DNA of 64,000 nt from Eledone cirrhosa (Eukaryota). Shown here piece by piece: positions 50,900 through 64,000 of this stretch. A program made the translations under genes and the position numbers. Every line of letters starts with the position of its first letter. Position 1 is the first letter of the stretch. The stretch covers positions 43,338,001-43,402,000 of the forward strand of contig OZ024740.1 in NCBI GenBank assembly GCA_964016885.1, given 5' to 3'. Under the pieces are notes generated by a model that saw only the letters and a program-made list of their open reading frames with translations, was not told where the DNA came from and made no database searches.

Positions 50900-51335
50900 A
50901 CTATCGCGAATTCAAGCGGCGGAAACGGGGTTCGTCCGAAGGGTCCTTGAAGTAATATTAATTGCTAGATTTGGCAGCTCGGAGATCAGGGAATAGCTCC
51001 AGATAAAAACCGTTACTTTGCCGAATCGAGAAATCACAATTCTCATAGTAAGGACATATCGTTAGGATCTCACAGAATGGAATCGCTGAACAAATTTCGC
51101 AAAACAAATAGACTGGAGGCCCAGAGGTAGACCACGAGCAAAATGCTTGTGTAACATAAGATCTGTTGGTTCCTCATGGGGATCCATTCCAATCATTTGG
51201 AAACAGTTGCTTCTGAGGAGGAGAAGAAGAAGAAGAAGAAGAAGAAGAAGAAGAAGAAGAAGAAGAAGAAGAAGAAGAAGAAGAAGAAGAAGAAGAAGAA
51301 GAAGAAGAAGAAGAAGAAGAAGAAGAAGAAGAAGA
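50900..51335 (+). mobile_element. RTE 3' fragment with (GAA)n tail
   Basis: Similar to 42990-43300 (AGCTCGGAGATCAG; CCAGAGGTAGACCACGAGCAA = RPRGRPRAK), with (GAA)n at 51222-51334. Confidence 0.7.
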
Positions 51336-52680
51336 CATTATCACATAATATATTTTTATGAGCGTAAAAACGTGTTGAAAAACATTTGTTAAAGTTGTGA
51401 TATTATTGTTTTTGGTGACATCCGATGGAAAATGATTGCTTCCAGAAAAGAAAGAAGAAAAACGAGAAATGATACAGTAACACTCTGATTTAGTATGGAA
51501 GTTGAACTTTATTGCATCGATTTGTTATATCTAGAAACTTGATATGAATAAAAGTTTTTATCCATAAAATCTACTCTAACTGATACATATGTATTGTGTT
51601 GAAAGTGAAAAGCTTTTCCCTGATACTCATGGAAAGCGAAAGAGTGTCAAGAGAAGAACGAATTATATTTTATCAAAGAACGAAAGGGGATTGGTGATTG
51701 AAAGATTTAGAGATGAAGACAGATAGAAAAATAAATCAAATAAGATAGCATAACAGAACTTGAATAAATCTATTTTTCTTAAAGGGTCTAAATGACGTAA
51801 TTCTCTTGAATTAATCGAATTTGATAAATACATTGGGAATATATTTTAGTGCTTAGAAAAAAAGAAACAATGAGGATTTACAGATTATTCTAAAAGTGGG
51901 ATAATTTTAGATGAGATTGTTTGTGTCTTTAGGGAATATGTTTAAACGTTATAATTACAATTTAATGATTCTAGTAGAATAACTTAGAAATAATTTAAAC
52001 ATTCACATTTATTTAGTTATTATTTTATATATTTTGTACGTCCGAATAATAAATGAAAGGTAATATCATGGGGAATGTTTCATGACAAACTATGATACAT
52101 GTTTAAATATAGCTTCCGAGGAAAATCTTTCAAATGATTTACTCTCAAACCCAATAGGAAAAACTAAATGCACAACAAATATCAGTTTATTAGTATCCGA
52201 GTTCTCCGTATTACATACAACATCCGGGTCAGTTACGTTACTTTAAAAACAAACAGTCGCTAATGCATGCAATTATCTCTTAAACCGGCAACTGTTAGTG
52301 TAAAAAGGAAACGCAAGATGTAATACAGACTTGCACTAGTGAGGTTGCAGACGGAGTGACACAGCAAAGGACAAAAAGAGATGCAACGAGGTACCACATC
52401 TGATACTCAAAAAACTCCACCAAGCCAAGCCACAATCCTCGAATGATACATTATTCATCACGAACAGATGAAGGCCAATGTTGTTTACGGCGAGATTTGA
52501 AATCCTAGCGCAAGTAACCGGAACATGTATCATGATGAATTGGCAGCTTATATGTTTTATATATATGAAAATAAAATTAGAATGTTATATCTTGCCCTAG
52601 CCAAGCTGATACATAAATGTAAATATGCACACTCACACACACACACATACACATACACATACACACAGACAACAACAACA

Positions 52681-52724
<44 letters not shown>

Positions 52725-52744
52725 GTTCACACACATTAATGATA

Positions 52745-52862
52745 ATTGTTTCTACTTTTGGCACAAGGCCAGCAATTACATGGTACATTACTGGTACTTT
52801 ATTTCATCGCCCCCATAAGGATGAAAGGCAAAGTTAACCTTGGCGGGATTTGAACTCAGACC
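52745..52862 (-). mobile_element. SINE family 1 copy
   Basis: Reverse complement of the core including the B-box (GGGATTTGAACTC). Further copies lie at 56173-56290 (-), 56465-56650 (-), 62825-62985 (-) and 62988-63135 (+). Confidence 0.8.
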
Positions 52863-52942
52863 ATTAATGATAATGTTCGTTGAATAGTGAGAAAAAAGAT
52901 TTCGTGTGGGTAAAAAATTTGATTCTCTGTAAAATATATATT

Positions 52943-53090
52943 TAGGAAAAGAGTCAGGACCCTGGCGGCTGAGTTCCTGCCGTTTCCACAGCCTGTCGAA
53001 ACGGCCGGAGCTCTTTCCCTATTACCCACTCTACTACCCAGTATCGAGTACTTTGGTACGTTATGGTCCACCTGGTTACTTACCACACTT
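52943..53090 (+). repeat. Fold-back family A, diverged copy
   Basis: GCCGTTTCCACAG/CTGTCGAAACGGC hairpin plus the family tail CCCACTCTACTACCC..GAGTACTTTGGT.CGTTATGGTCCACCTGGTT. Confidence 0.7.
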
Positions 53091-53108
53091 CCTTCGTTAT
53101 ATATATAT

Positions 53109-53150
<42 letters not shown>

Positions 53151-53155
53151 AGAGC

Positions 53156-53474
53156 GAGTTAGTTCCACAACAAATTAGCTACCCATACTCGAGAATGCGC
53201 GTTTTACCTGAGGGATTTTCAAACCGGTATTTGGCTGCGGGGAGAACGGAAATATGTATGAGTTGACTGGATTCTGCGCGGCAAATGGCACTAGTTTGGT
53301 GACAAGTGAAACAACTCAAATCAGACTGTTGCAGATGAGACAAATTTCTTTTGAGTTAGTACATTCCGGGTTAACCGTTTTATTTCTCTCCGCAGCCATA
53401 CATGGGTTGATAATCCGTTCGGTGAAATGCGCATCCTGGAGTATGGTCTGTTAATTTAATGTGGAACTAACTCT
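53156..53474. repeat. Fold-back of family C pLTR with degenerate hammerheads
   Basis: GAGTTAGTTCCACA...GGCTGCGG (53157-53240) vs CCGCAGCC...TGTGGAACTAACTC (53391-53473). The right arm has TTGATAA-TCCGTTCGGT-GAAA-TGCGCA-TC. Confidence 0.65.
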
Positions 53475-53564
53475 ATACTGAAATCGTCCTTTGGACTGAC
53501 GGCTCTCTGCACTACCTAGCTATAACCTCCAGTTTTTTTTTACCACTGTATATATATATATATA

Positions 53565-53910
53565 TAATTAAACATACGGTATATTGCCAAATATATTATA
53601 CATACATTCATGTATACATCGCTATTTCAGAGCACCAGTCCTAAAACCTAATTTTTGCTGGACCGGCAATCGTTCTGTATAATCAGATCCTGATTATTAC
53701 TGGAATTCTATAAGAATCCAGCTTCTATAATTTTCGGCGAAAGCATGGTCTACGTGGCTCTGATGAACGCCAACCAGCGTGAAACAGACTGTTAGATTCT
53801 CCCCCTTCTTTCGTCGAAAAGAAGTAAGTGACATAGTCACTACTTTAAAACTGATAGCATATGGTCTTCTAAATGTTTGTAATTAAACATACGGTATATT
53901 GCCAAATATA
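53565..53910 (+). mobile_element. 315-bp-period element with identical 31-bp direct repeats and a hammerhead core
   Basis: TAATTAAACATACGGTATATTGCCAAATATA at 53565 and 53880; CTGATGA-ACGC(caacca)GCGT-GAAA-CAGACTGT-TA at 53760-53794. Confidence 0.65.
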
Positions 53911-54385
53911 CTGTATCTATGGATGTTTCGAATATGACTTTTCATGTTAGCACTAAATCCACCACAGAATCCATATACGGACACTTGCTCACCACCACCA
54001 CTCTCATATTCTGTACTTATATGCTCTCACTTATCCTTATTTCTTTATATTTCAATTATTTTTCCATTCTCTTACTTTTTTACTGTATCTTTTTTCTTAT
54101 CTTTTACTTTTTACATCTGTAACTTCTTTACCAATTTTTTATATATATTTTATTATTGGTGTTATTGTTTCGATTATACGGTATTTCTCTCTATATATCT
54201 TGCTATGTATGAATTATTATTGTATTCCGAGGATTTGATCAGAAGTAAATAATGTAATGGAGATCAAGTGACGCAACTTCGAGTGATTAGCGGCCTCTAG
54301 ACTCACCTGATCAATGAAACAATTGTTAATACCTGAAATAAAGCCCCTTCTTGTACAGCCAACCATGTTACTCTTCATTCTTTCA

Positions 54386-54502
<117 letters not shown>

Positions 54503-54504
54503 TG

Positions 54505-54537
<33 letters not shown>

Positions 54538-54595
54538 GCATGTGTGTGTACGTGCGCGCGCGCGCGTGTGTGTGTATTACAAAAACGAATCTAGA

Positions 54596-55924
<1,329 letters not shown>

Positions 55925-57369
55925 TCTGCCAGTATTTATTTGTATAATGTGCGACTATGAAGAACGACTGAATACAGAACTATACTTGCTCGTCCGATGT
56001 TGAGTCGCTTAAGTAGCCATCGATATATATATATATTTTCCTATGAATAGAAACGTATGAAATAACTTGTGTACGTATCTCCCTAAACAGTGACACGTGT
56101 AAAACGGATTGGAACGTACATATAACTGTATGATAATTTGTTTCGCTTGGGATGGAAATGATTATATCATATAATTGTTTCTACATTTGGCACAAGGCCA
56201 GCAATTACCCAGTGCATTACTGGTACTTTATTTTATCGACCCCGTAAGGATGAAAGGCAAATTAACCTCGGCGGGATTTGAACTCAGATAATACAAGTCA
56301 TTTACTGTACCGAAGTTTTGTTATATCAAATTCTAAAATACATGAACAACCACAGACTCATCCAAACCAGAAGTTGCTCTAGATTAAGATACGTACATTG
56401 GTGCAAAGCCCCGAGTGGAGCGGCAATGTGTAAACTTTCATATATCAAGGATGATGTCTGACTGAGGCACAAGGCAAGCAATTTGTGAGTAGGGAAAATC
56501 AATTACACCGACACCAGTCCGTCATTGAAAATTTATGCTATCACCAATGAAAGGATGAAAGGCAAAGGTAACCTCTGCGGGATTTGAACTGAGAGCGCAG
56601 AGAACGGGAACGAATACCACCAAACATTCTACCCAAACCTCTAACGATACTACATGTGATATCTCAAGAATAACAGTGATATATCACCTTTGTATGAGTG
56701 GAGGTGGTAGAGAATGGAAATATTCTTATTATCAAACTGTACAAAATGGGTTTTTTTCTTTCTTATATATCTTGATATTTTCTTGATTCTATATTTTATT
56801 TGGGGTGTATTCAAGAACCATAATTACAATATATACTAGTCTTATATATGAATTCTCCTTTGATCAGTTATGAAACCTGATACAAAATGTTAGAGTGTTT
56901 TTCTGTTATTCCCTTTCTCATTGCTTACTGTAAATTTATGATATTATTTCTGTAAGTTTTTCATCTCCTATATAATTAAATACATCTGGCATTGTAATAA
57001 CGAAAACAAAGCTTTCCTTTTCTGTTTTCGACAAGAAGTTCTTTGCTTTGATTGATGTCATTACGAATGTTGCCATTGGTTTGAACAATCCTAATCAGTG
57101 ATGATAAGAAGGAAGAATGATATTGTGTATTATATACAACATATATTCCATATTTGGGATTTGACTTATAGAACTTCTATTTAATTTGCTACCTGTTTTT
57201 AAGAAAGTTTCCTCTGATATTATCGCACATAACGTTTCATAATTATTTACAGAATCAATATACAACTTCTCAAATCCATCTGATATACAAAATTCGTCTA
57301 TATTGTATGTGAAATATACACACGAACAAACGTAGTGTGTGTATCCTGTAATAACGTATAATTGGATGG

Positions 57370-57419
<50 letters not shown>

Positions 57420-57423
<4 letters not shown>

Positions 57424-57960
57424 AATGTAATTTGAGTGTTTCGAATATTAATAATAACATTCGATTCGTTTGTAATTATGCAAACAAGCCTCAATTTTAT
57501 AGCCATGTCAGTAGAATGAACACTTCATCCTTGCTCTTTTGTTGGCATGCGAACATAACTGAATTTGGCAAAGCCGGCCATATATCGCTCGTATAAAGGA
57601 AACTGACTGGCCAGTCTGCTGATATGCAAATCTGGCTGATCAGTGGATCTGCTAATATGCAGATCTGACTAATCAGCCAGTCTGCTAACATGCAAATCAG
57701 GCCGATCAGTTACTGTGAAGTTTTGAAAATAGCATATATTTTCACTAGCTCTGACAGTTTGGTAGGTGAACAGTGAGCTGTACTGATGGAGGGTGATACC
57801 CAGAAACATTAGTATCTGCAGTTCTGTTCGCATGCCAACACAAGAGCAAAAATGAAGTGTTCATTCTACTGACATGGCTATACAATTGAAATTTGTTTGC
57901 ATAATTGCAAACGAATCGAATGTTCTTATTAATATTCGAAAAACTCAGATTAGATTTATT
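57420..57960. mobile_element. Fold-back element (family D): ~136-bp arms, 33-bp tandem triplet, degenerate hammerhead
   Basis: Arms 57420-57555 / 57825-57960; three 33-bp units at 57610-57708; AGCTGTA-CTGATGG-AGGGTGATACCCA-GAAA-CATTAGTATC-TGCAGTT at 57776-57823. Confidence 0.75.
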
Positions 57961-58189
57961 GTATTCAGCCATGTAGAGCTAAATTTTCTGATATATATAG
58001 GAATATGTGTGAAATCCTTGGTACAGTTAGGTATATTTGAAAAAAGGAAAAGAATCACCTCACTTGTAGTTTTAAACAATTTGATTTAATTTTATAATAT
58101 TATGATTTGGTAGATCTACCAAATATTAATATTCTAAAATTAAACCAAATTGTTTAAAACTTCAAGTGAAGTCATTCTTTCCCTTCTTT

Positions 58190-58218
<29 letters not shown>

Positions 58219-58223
<5 letters not shown>

Positions 58224-58392
58224 AGTAAGTAAGACCCCGACGGCTGAGCTCAAGCCGTTTCGACGGCTAATTCTGTACTGTCGAAACGGCTTGAGCTCAG
58301 CCGTCGGGGTCTTACTTACTCCTATTTCCCACTCTACTACCCTAAGTATTGAGTACTTTGGTGCGTTATGGTCCACCTGGTTCCTTACCATT
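58219..58392 (+). repeat. Fold-back family A, perfect 46-bp arms + tail
   Basis: 58219-58264 and 58280-58325 are exact reverse complements, with (TA)n on both sides. Confidence 0.9.
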
Positions 58393-58404
58393 TTTTTCCC
58401 TCGC

Positions 58405-58444
<40 letters not shown>

Positions 58445-59280
58445 TCGAAACTGTAAAAGGACCATCTCGATGGCTGAAGACATTGGAGCTCTGTGTCTTT
58501 TTTATTTTGAAAAAAATATAATTTAATTTTCCATTTTAAAACATTTTCGTTCTGCTTTTTTTTCGTTCATTGTCGCCTTTTTGTTAATTTACTTAATTTT
58601 ATCATTAATCTGCAGCGAACGACTTCATTCTCCCGCTCCCCAATAATTTCAATGGATCACATTTATAACATAATGTTTTACTTTTGCCCTTTTTCCTTTC
58701 TTTTTTCTTTCTTTACCTTCTTTTTACCAGTCTCACGAAAGTGTCTTTGATATAAAAAGCACAATAAAACCTTTTAGTCGTCATATAAAATTATGTGTAC
58801 CTGTTATGTTTAATTGCTCTAATTATTGTTTTGTCTGGTATTTCACTCCACTGACAGCACTTTGGTTTGAGTCAGATGCTGTGATCCCGGGTAAACCAGC
58901 AGAACCGACGCTAGGGGTCGAAACTGCTGAAGAACTTGGAGTTTTTTCTTCCATTTTTCTATTTATTAAAAACAATTAAGGTTTCCTCTTTAAATTATTT
59001 TCGTTCTGCCTTGTTTTTGTTCCTCTCTTTGTTAATTTCCCTAACTTTGTTATTATTAATCTGTAACAAAAATATTGTCTCCCACCCCTCACGTCCAGTA
59101 CATTTTTTATCACGATATTTTACTGTCTTCTACTTACCACTTTTTTCCTTTCTTTTTCTTTTTTCTTTCTTTACCTCCTTTTTTCCAGTCTCACGAGACT
59201 ATCGTTGCTAAAGAAAGCACAAAACCTTCCGCTAGTTGTCACATGAAATTTTGTGTACCTGTTATGGCTTAATTGTTATG
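58445..59280 (+). repeat. Diverged tandem duplication, period ~450-470 bp, pLTR-like
   Basis: Both units begin TCGAAACTG..GCTGAAGA..TTGGAG (58445, 58918) and share CCAGTCTCACGA and TGTGTACCTGTTATG blocks. Confidence 0.6.
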
Positions 59281-59385
59281 TGTCTTTCGATGGTTCCTTT
59301 AATTTCAAAAATAATTAATGGCTCCCCCCTTTAAAATTTATTTCCGTTCTACCTTGTTCGCTTTCGTGGTCCTCTCAGGGTTAAT

Positions 59386-59503
<118 letters not shown>

Positions 59504-59519
59504 TATATATATAATATAT

Positions 59520-59565
<46 letters not shown>

Positions 59566-61171
59566 TATGTATAAATATATATATAATTTTTACCCTTAAT
59601 TTCTCTCTATTGTATATGTGTAAATCCTTGGATTTTTGTTGATTATTATTTTCTTTTATGTGAGTTGCTTCTGATTTCAGTACCCACCTTTCGGTGTATG
59701 TATTGTTCCAGATATTACATTATGACAGCTTCAACAGTTTTTTTATAGATCTGTTGCTGATCATTGAAATTAATACATCTATTAGGAGTCATCTGATTTT
59801 GTGGACTCTGACAATAACATCAGCAAATCAGGTATCATAAATACCTTGTCATTATATGCTATTATGTTTCACTGTTTTGTCATTTGGAATTTATCTGAAA
59901 TAATTTCTCGTTAATGTTTACACCGTCAAATTTCCGTAGGTATTTCCTAAGTATAGCATGATTTTAGGATTATGAAAGTTGAACTATTTTATGCGGGCGT
60001 AGGTGTTCTCGTTCATCAGCTCGAAAAATTCTGAGTAATGCGTTATTCACAACATCATATTAGGCTGCGTGTTTGTACTTGTATTCCTAGATTCTTGGTA
60101 TGGAATCATGTTTTAAAACAGATATTATCTTAAATTTGGACGGTCATGCCCATTTAAACACACGTCCCAGTTACTGGTTAGTTATCTAATACATTTCTAG
60201 GTTAGTTTCTTAAACAGATGGTTGTTTATTTGTCATATTTCATTGTCAAAGCTCCTTCGTGTCACATTCTGAGGCCTTCTCAATGACTATTCTTGAGTTG
60301 TGTTGTCTTCTCTTTGTTGTAATGTCCTTATATTCACCTCATTTGTTAGCAGAGAATTGCATTCAAGATACTAGTATCGGAATATTAAAAACACATTAAC
60401 ATAAACCACGTATGTCGCGCTGACAACCTGATGGCACTTGTTTGAGGTGTTAATAAGGGCATTGAACATTAGCCGAACTGAAAGTTCGTTTAAATTCTTG
60501 AGGTCTGGTTAGCTCTATAATTTATTTTGGTGATGAAATGGGATGAAGTAGCAAATAGTTTGAATGGACTGAGAAGTTAAATGTAAAGTTTTCAGTTGGT
60601 GTGGTGAATATCTACATTAATTTCTAGATCTACTTGAGCAAGAATTCAACAAGAAAGCATATATCTACTGTTCCATCTGCTAAATATATAATAAAATGTT
60701 CTCGAATCACATGACACCTTTTCTAAAAGAGATAACATTAGAAAATTGAGTCCCAAATAAATAAGAAGCCATGTTCATTTATCAACGTCTTTCAGAATAG
60801 GTTTGCTCAATCAGAGACGACCTGGGATTACACAACAAATGCCATATAATTGTCATACCTTACTTCGGTTTGGAACATTTTTCTTTTCCAAAATGGTTCA
60901 TCTGTTCTTGCTACTCAGTCGATAAGGAATATGATGTGCTATGGCTGTTGAGGATTGGCATGAATCTTTTGTGGAGGATTTTAAACAGTAAGTCGATGGG
61001 GAGATCCTTTGTCAGATATGTTTTAAAGTTAGCTTTTACTTTAATTCGTAGGAATTTTCAATGATTTTCCCAATCGTACGTTTTAAATAGCTTCATTTAT
61101 TTGCTGGTTTTAAGACTAAATTAATTTCGTATTCTTATTCCATGACCTGGCGTTTTTTCATTATTATTGGA

Positions 61172-61592
61172 TTGGCAGTGAATTGGCAGTATCGGTAGAG
61201 GGTTGGACGCCATGCTTTCTAGTATAGTTACATCCCTTTACAGTCTGAGTTCATATCCCGCCGAGGTTAACTTTGCCTTTCATCCTTACGGGGTCGATAA
61301 AATAAAGTACCAGTAATGCACTGGGTAATTTACTGGCCTTATGCGAAAAGTAGAAACAATTATTATTGGTGGCCGTGGATTGGCAGTATCGGTAGAGGGT
61401 CGGACGCCATGCTTTGCTGCATAGAGTTACGGCCCTTTATGATCTGAGTTCAAATCCCGCCGAGGTTAACTTTGCCTTTCATCCGTACGGGGTCGATAAA
61501 ATAAAGTACCAGTCACGCACTGGGGTCAATTTCATCGACCTTTCCCTCCCCCCCAAATTGCTGGCCTTGTGACTAAATAAGAAACCATTATT
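61172..61592 (+). mobile_element. Tandem pair of SINE family 1 copies (short and long 3' variants)
   Basis: 61172-61365 and 61368-61592 each have A/B boxes and the core. The second retains the GGGGTCAATTTCATCGAC..CCCC segment that the first lacks. Confidence 0.88.
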
Positions 61593-62085
61593 ATTTCTTC
61601 TTTGCGATTTCTCTATATGTTTCTGTTCAGCTACGGTTATTTTTTTTTTAATACGTAATTTTACATTTAATAATTTGATGCTATTAGTTTGTGACTCTGT
61701 ATTGGGATTATGTGTTTGACATATACGTTAAGTCTATTTCAGAAATTTGCCTGAGAGGTTTAACATGTCAATCATGAAGGTTTTCCTGCATTCACGTACT
61801 AAGGGCTTGTCTATTTCTGTTCCACTAGTTTGTATCGATCTTATGTTTACAATTACTTGCGTCTCATGTAGTTAAATCTCAATGCTGAGGGATTCCCGTG
61901 CTTATTTTTCGATTCCAGAGATCGTAATCACCACCTCATCATCACCGACCTCACAAACATATTATTAAGAATTTCCTTTATTGTTAATAACACTAGTCAA
62001 GTATTATAGAAAATTGCATTGAATGAATCGAACAAAACCAAAGTTTGCTCATCTACCATTGATATAAATCCTCATTGCACTTGTT

Positions 62086-62118
<33 letters not shown>

Positions 62119-62183
62119 ATTCTTCTTCTTCCTCTTCTTCTTCTTCTTCTAATGATAATAATAATAATAATAATAATAATAAT

Positions 62184-62820
62184 ATTGGAACTGCCATGAA
62201 GTCAAAGTGATCCCGATTGTCATAGGCGCACTGGGGACTATCTCCAAAAGTTTCCAGGGATGGTTAAAGAAAATCGGCCCCTTCACGCTTTTTGGAACGC
62301 TTCAAAAGGCATGCTTGCTTGGAACAGCAAGAACCCTCCGATACGTCCTGAATATCTGAGGCTGCAGGTAGTGGCTTGATATTCATTCCAACGGACTTTC
62401 CAGTTAACCAACATCAATGACTGAGATTCAAGGAATAACAACAATAATAATAATAATAATAATTTGTAGCAAAGAGTGCAAAAATCAGGCGATACGAGAA
62501 CAGAGTCAGCCAGTATAGACAGAACCGCATGTTCGACAACAACCAGAAGATGCTTTTTGGACAGCTTGAAGGGAAAGAAAGAGAAAACGACTTGATCCCT
62601 GGGGCGGAACAAACTAAAACATTCTGGAGAGGAATATGGGATCAGGATGATAGAAAACGATCAGGTGAAGGTGCTGTGGGATTTTAGGATACAGAAGGAC
62701 AAGAAACTGGAACACAATAGACCTGACCTGGTGGTTTTGGACAAAGAAAAAAGATCGTGCCTGATTGTGGATGTGGCCTGCCCATTCGACACGAGAGTGC
62801 AAGAGAAGGAGAGGGAGAAA
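62184..62820 (+). mobile_element. Scrambled R4/Dong fragments in (TAA)n
   Basis: 62184-62463 matches 19471-19720 (3' end + tail). 62468-62646 encodes KSAKIRRYENRVSQYRQNRMFDNNQKMLFGQLE..PGAEQTKTFWRGIW (pre-RT region). 62648-62820 matches 19257-19430. Confidence 0.85.
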
Positions 62821-63150
62821 GATATATAGAAAAAATCGATCCCTGTACTTGACTAGTATTTTTTCATGAACATTGAATATATGAAAGGTAAATTGGACAT
62901 CGGTTTAATTTAAAATCAAAGAGCAGAAAACCAGAACGAATACCACAAAGCAATCTATCCAATTTTATAACGACTCTGCAAATTCATCGGCAGTATCGGT
63001 AGAGGGTCTGCCGCCATGCTTTATTCAAATCCCGCCGAGGTTAACTTTGCCTTTCATCCGTCCGGGGTCGATAAAATAAAGTAGCAGTAATGCACTGGTG
63101 AATTGCTGGCCTTGTGCCAAAACTAGAACAATTATTAAATATTACCGGTC

Positions 63151-64000
<850 letters not shown>

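Noticed and set aside
52330-52403. Short frame TCTSEVADGVTQQRTKRDAT with a furin-like RTKR
   Set aside because: It is too short, has a weak acceptor and has no supporting context.
57610-57708. CRISPR-like array
   Set aside because: These are contiguous 33-bp tandem units with no unique spacers, no cas genes and a eukaryotic context.
58219-58325. Conserved microRNA precursor
   Set aside because: Multi-copy perfect palindrome with a repeat-family tail in (TA)n, better explained as a mobile-element fold-back. No known mature miRNA was recognised.
59700-61100. Possible highly decayed Penelope-like RT on the minus strand
   Set aside because: There are only vague motif resemblances, and I could not recover a diagnostic motif without a profile search.
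61172-61592. tRNA genes
   Set aside because: A/B boxes are present but there is no cloverleaf. They are SINE heads followed by the shared SINE body.

Overview
AT-rich, microsatellite-dense eukaryotic DNA. The tRNA-derived SINE families and repeat make-up look like an octopus or other coleoid cephalopod genome (inference from recall, not searched). I found no host protein-coding gene I can support. The window is almost entirely transposon-derived. It holds a complete ~6 kb Helitron with both canonical termini and a frameshifted RepHel ORF (21536-27526, minus), two L1/Tx1-type LINEs, a young R4/Dong-type RLE LINE plus scrambled fragments, a near full-length degenerate RTE, CR1/CRE/I-group scraps, Tc1/pogo and hAT MITE ends, and many SINEs. 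The most interesting signal is a dispersed set of short non-coding elements sitting in (TA)n tracts. They carry minimal type-I hammerhead ribozyme motifs (three intact-looking, about eight degenerate) and occur either as more-than-unit-length direct repeats or as head-to-head fold-backs. Two Naiad-type Penelope-like GIY-YIG remnants with inverted pseudo-LTRs sit alongside them. Two of these ribozyme families share an octamer-containing motif ~90 nt upstream of the ribozyme core, and a third family appears to be folded back exactly at ribozyme stem II. All calls were made by eye, so boundaries of degenerate elements are approximate.
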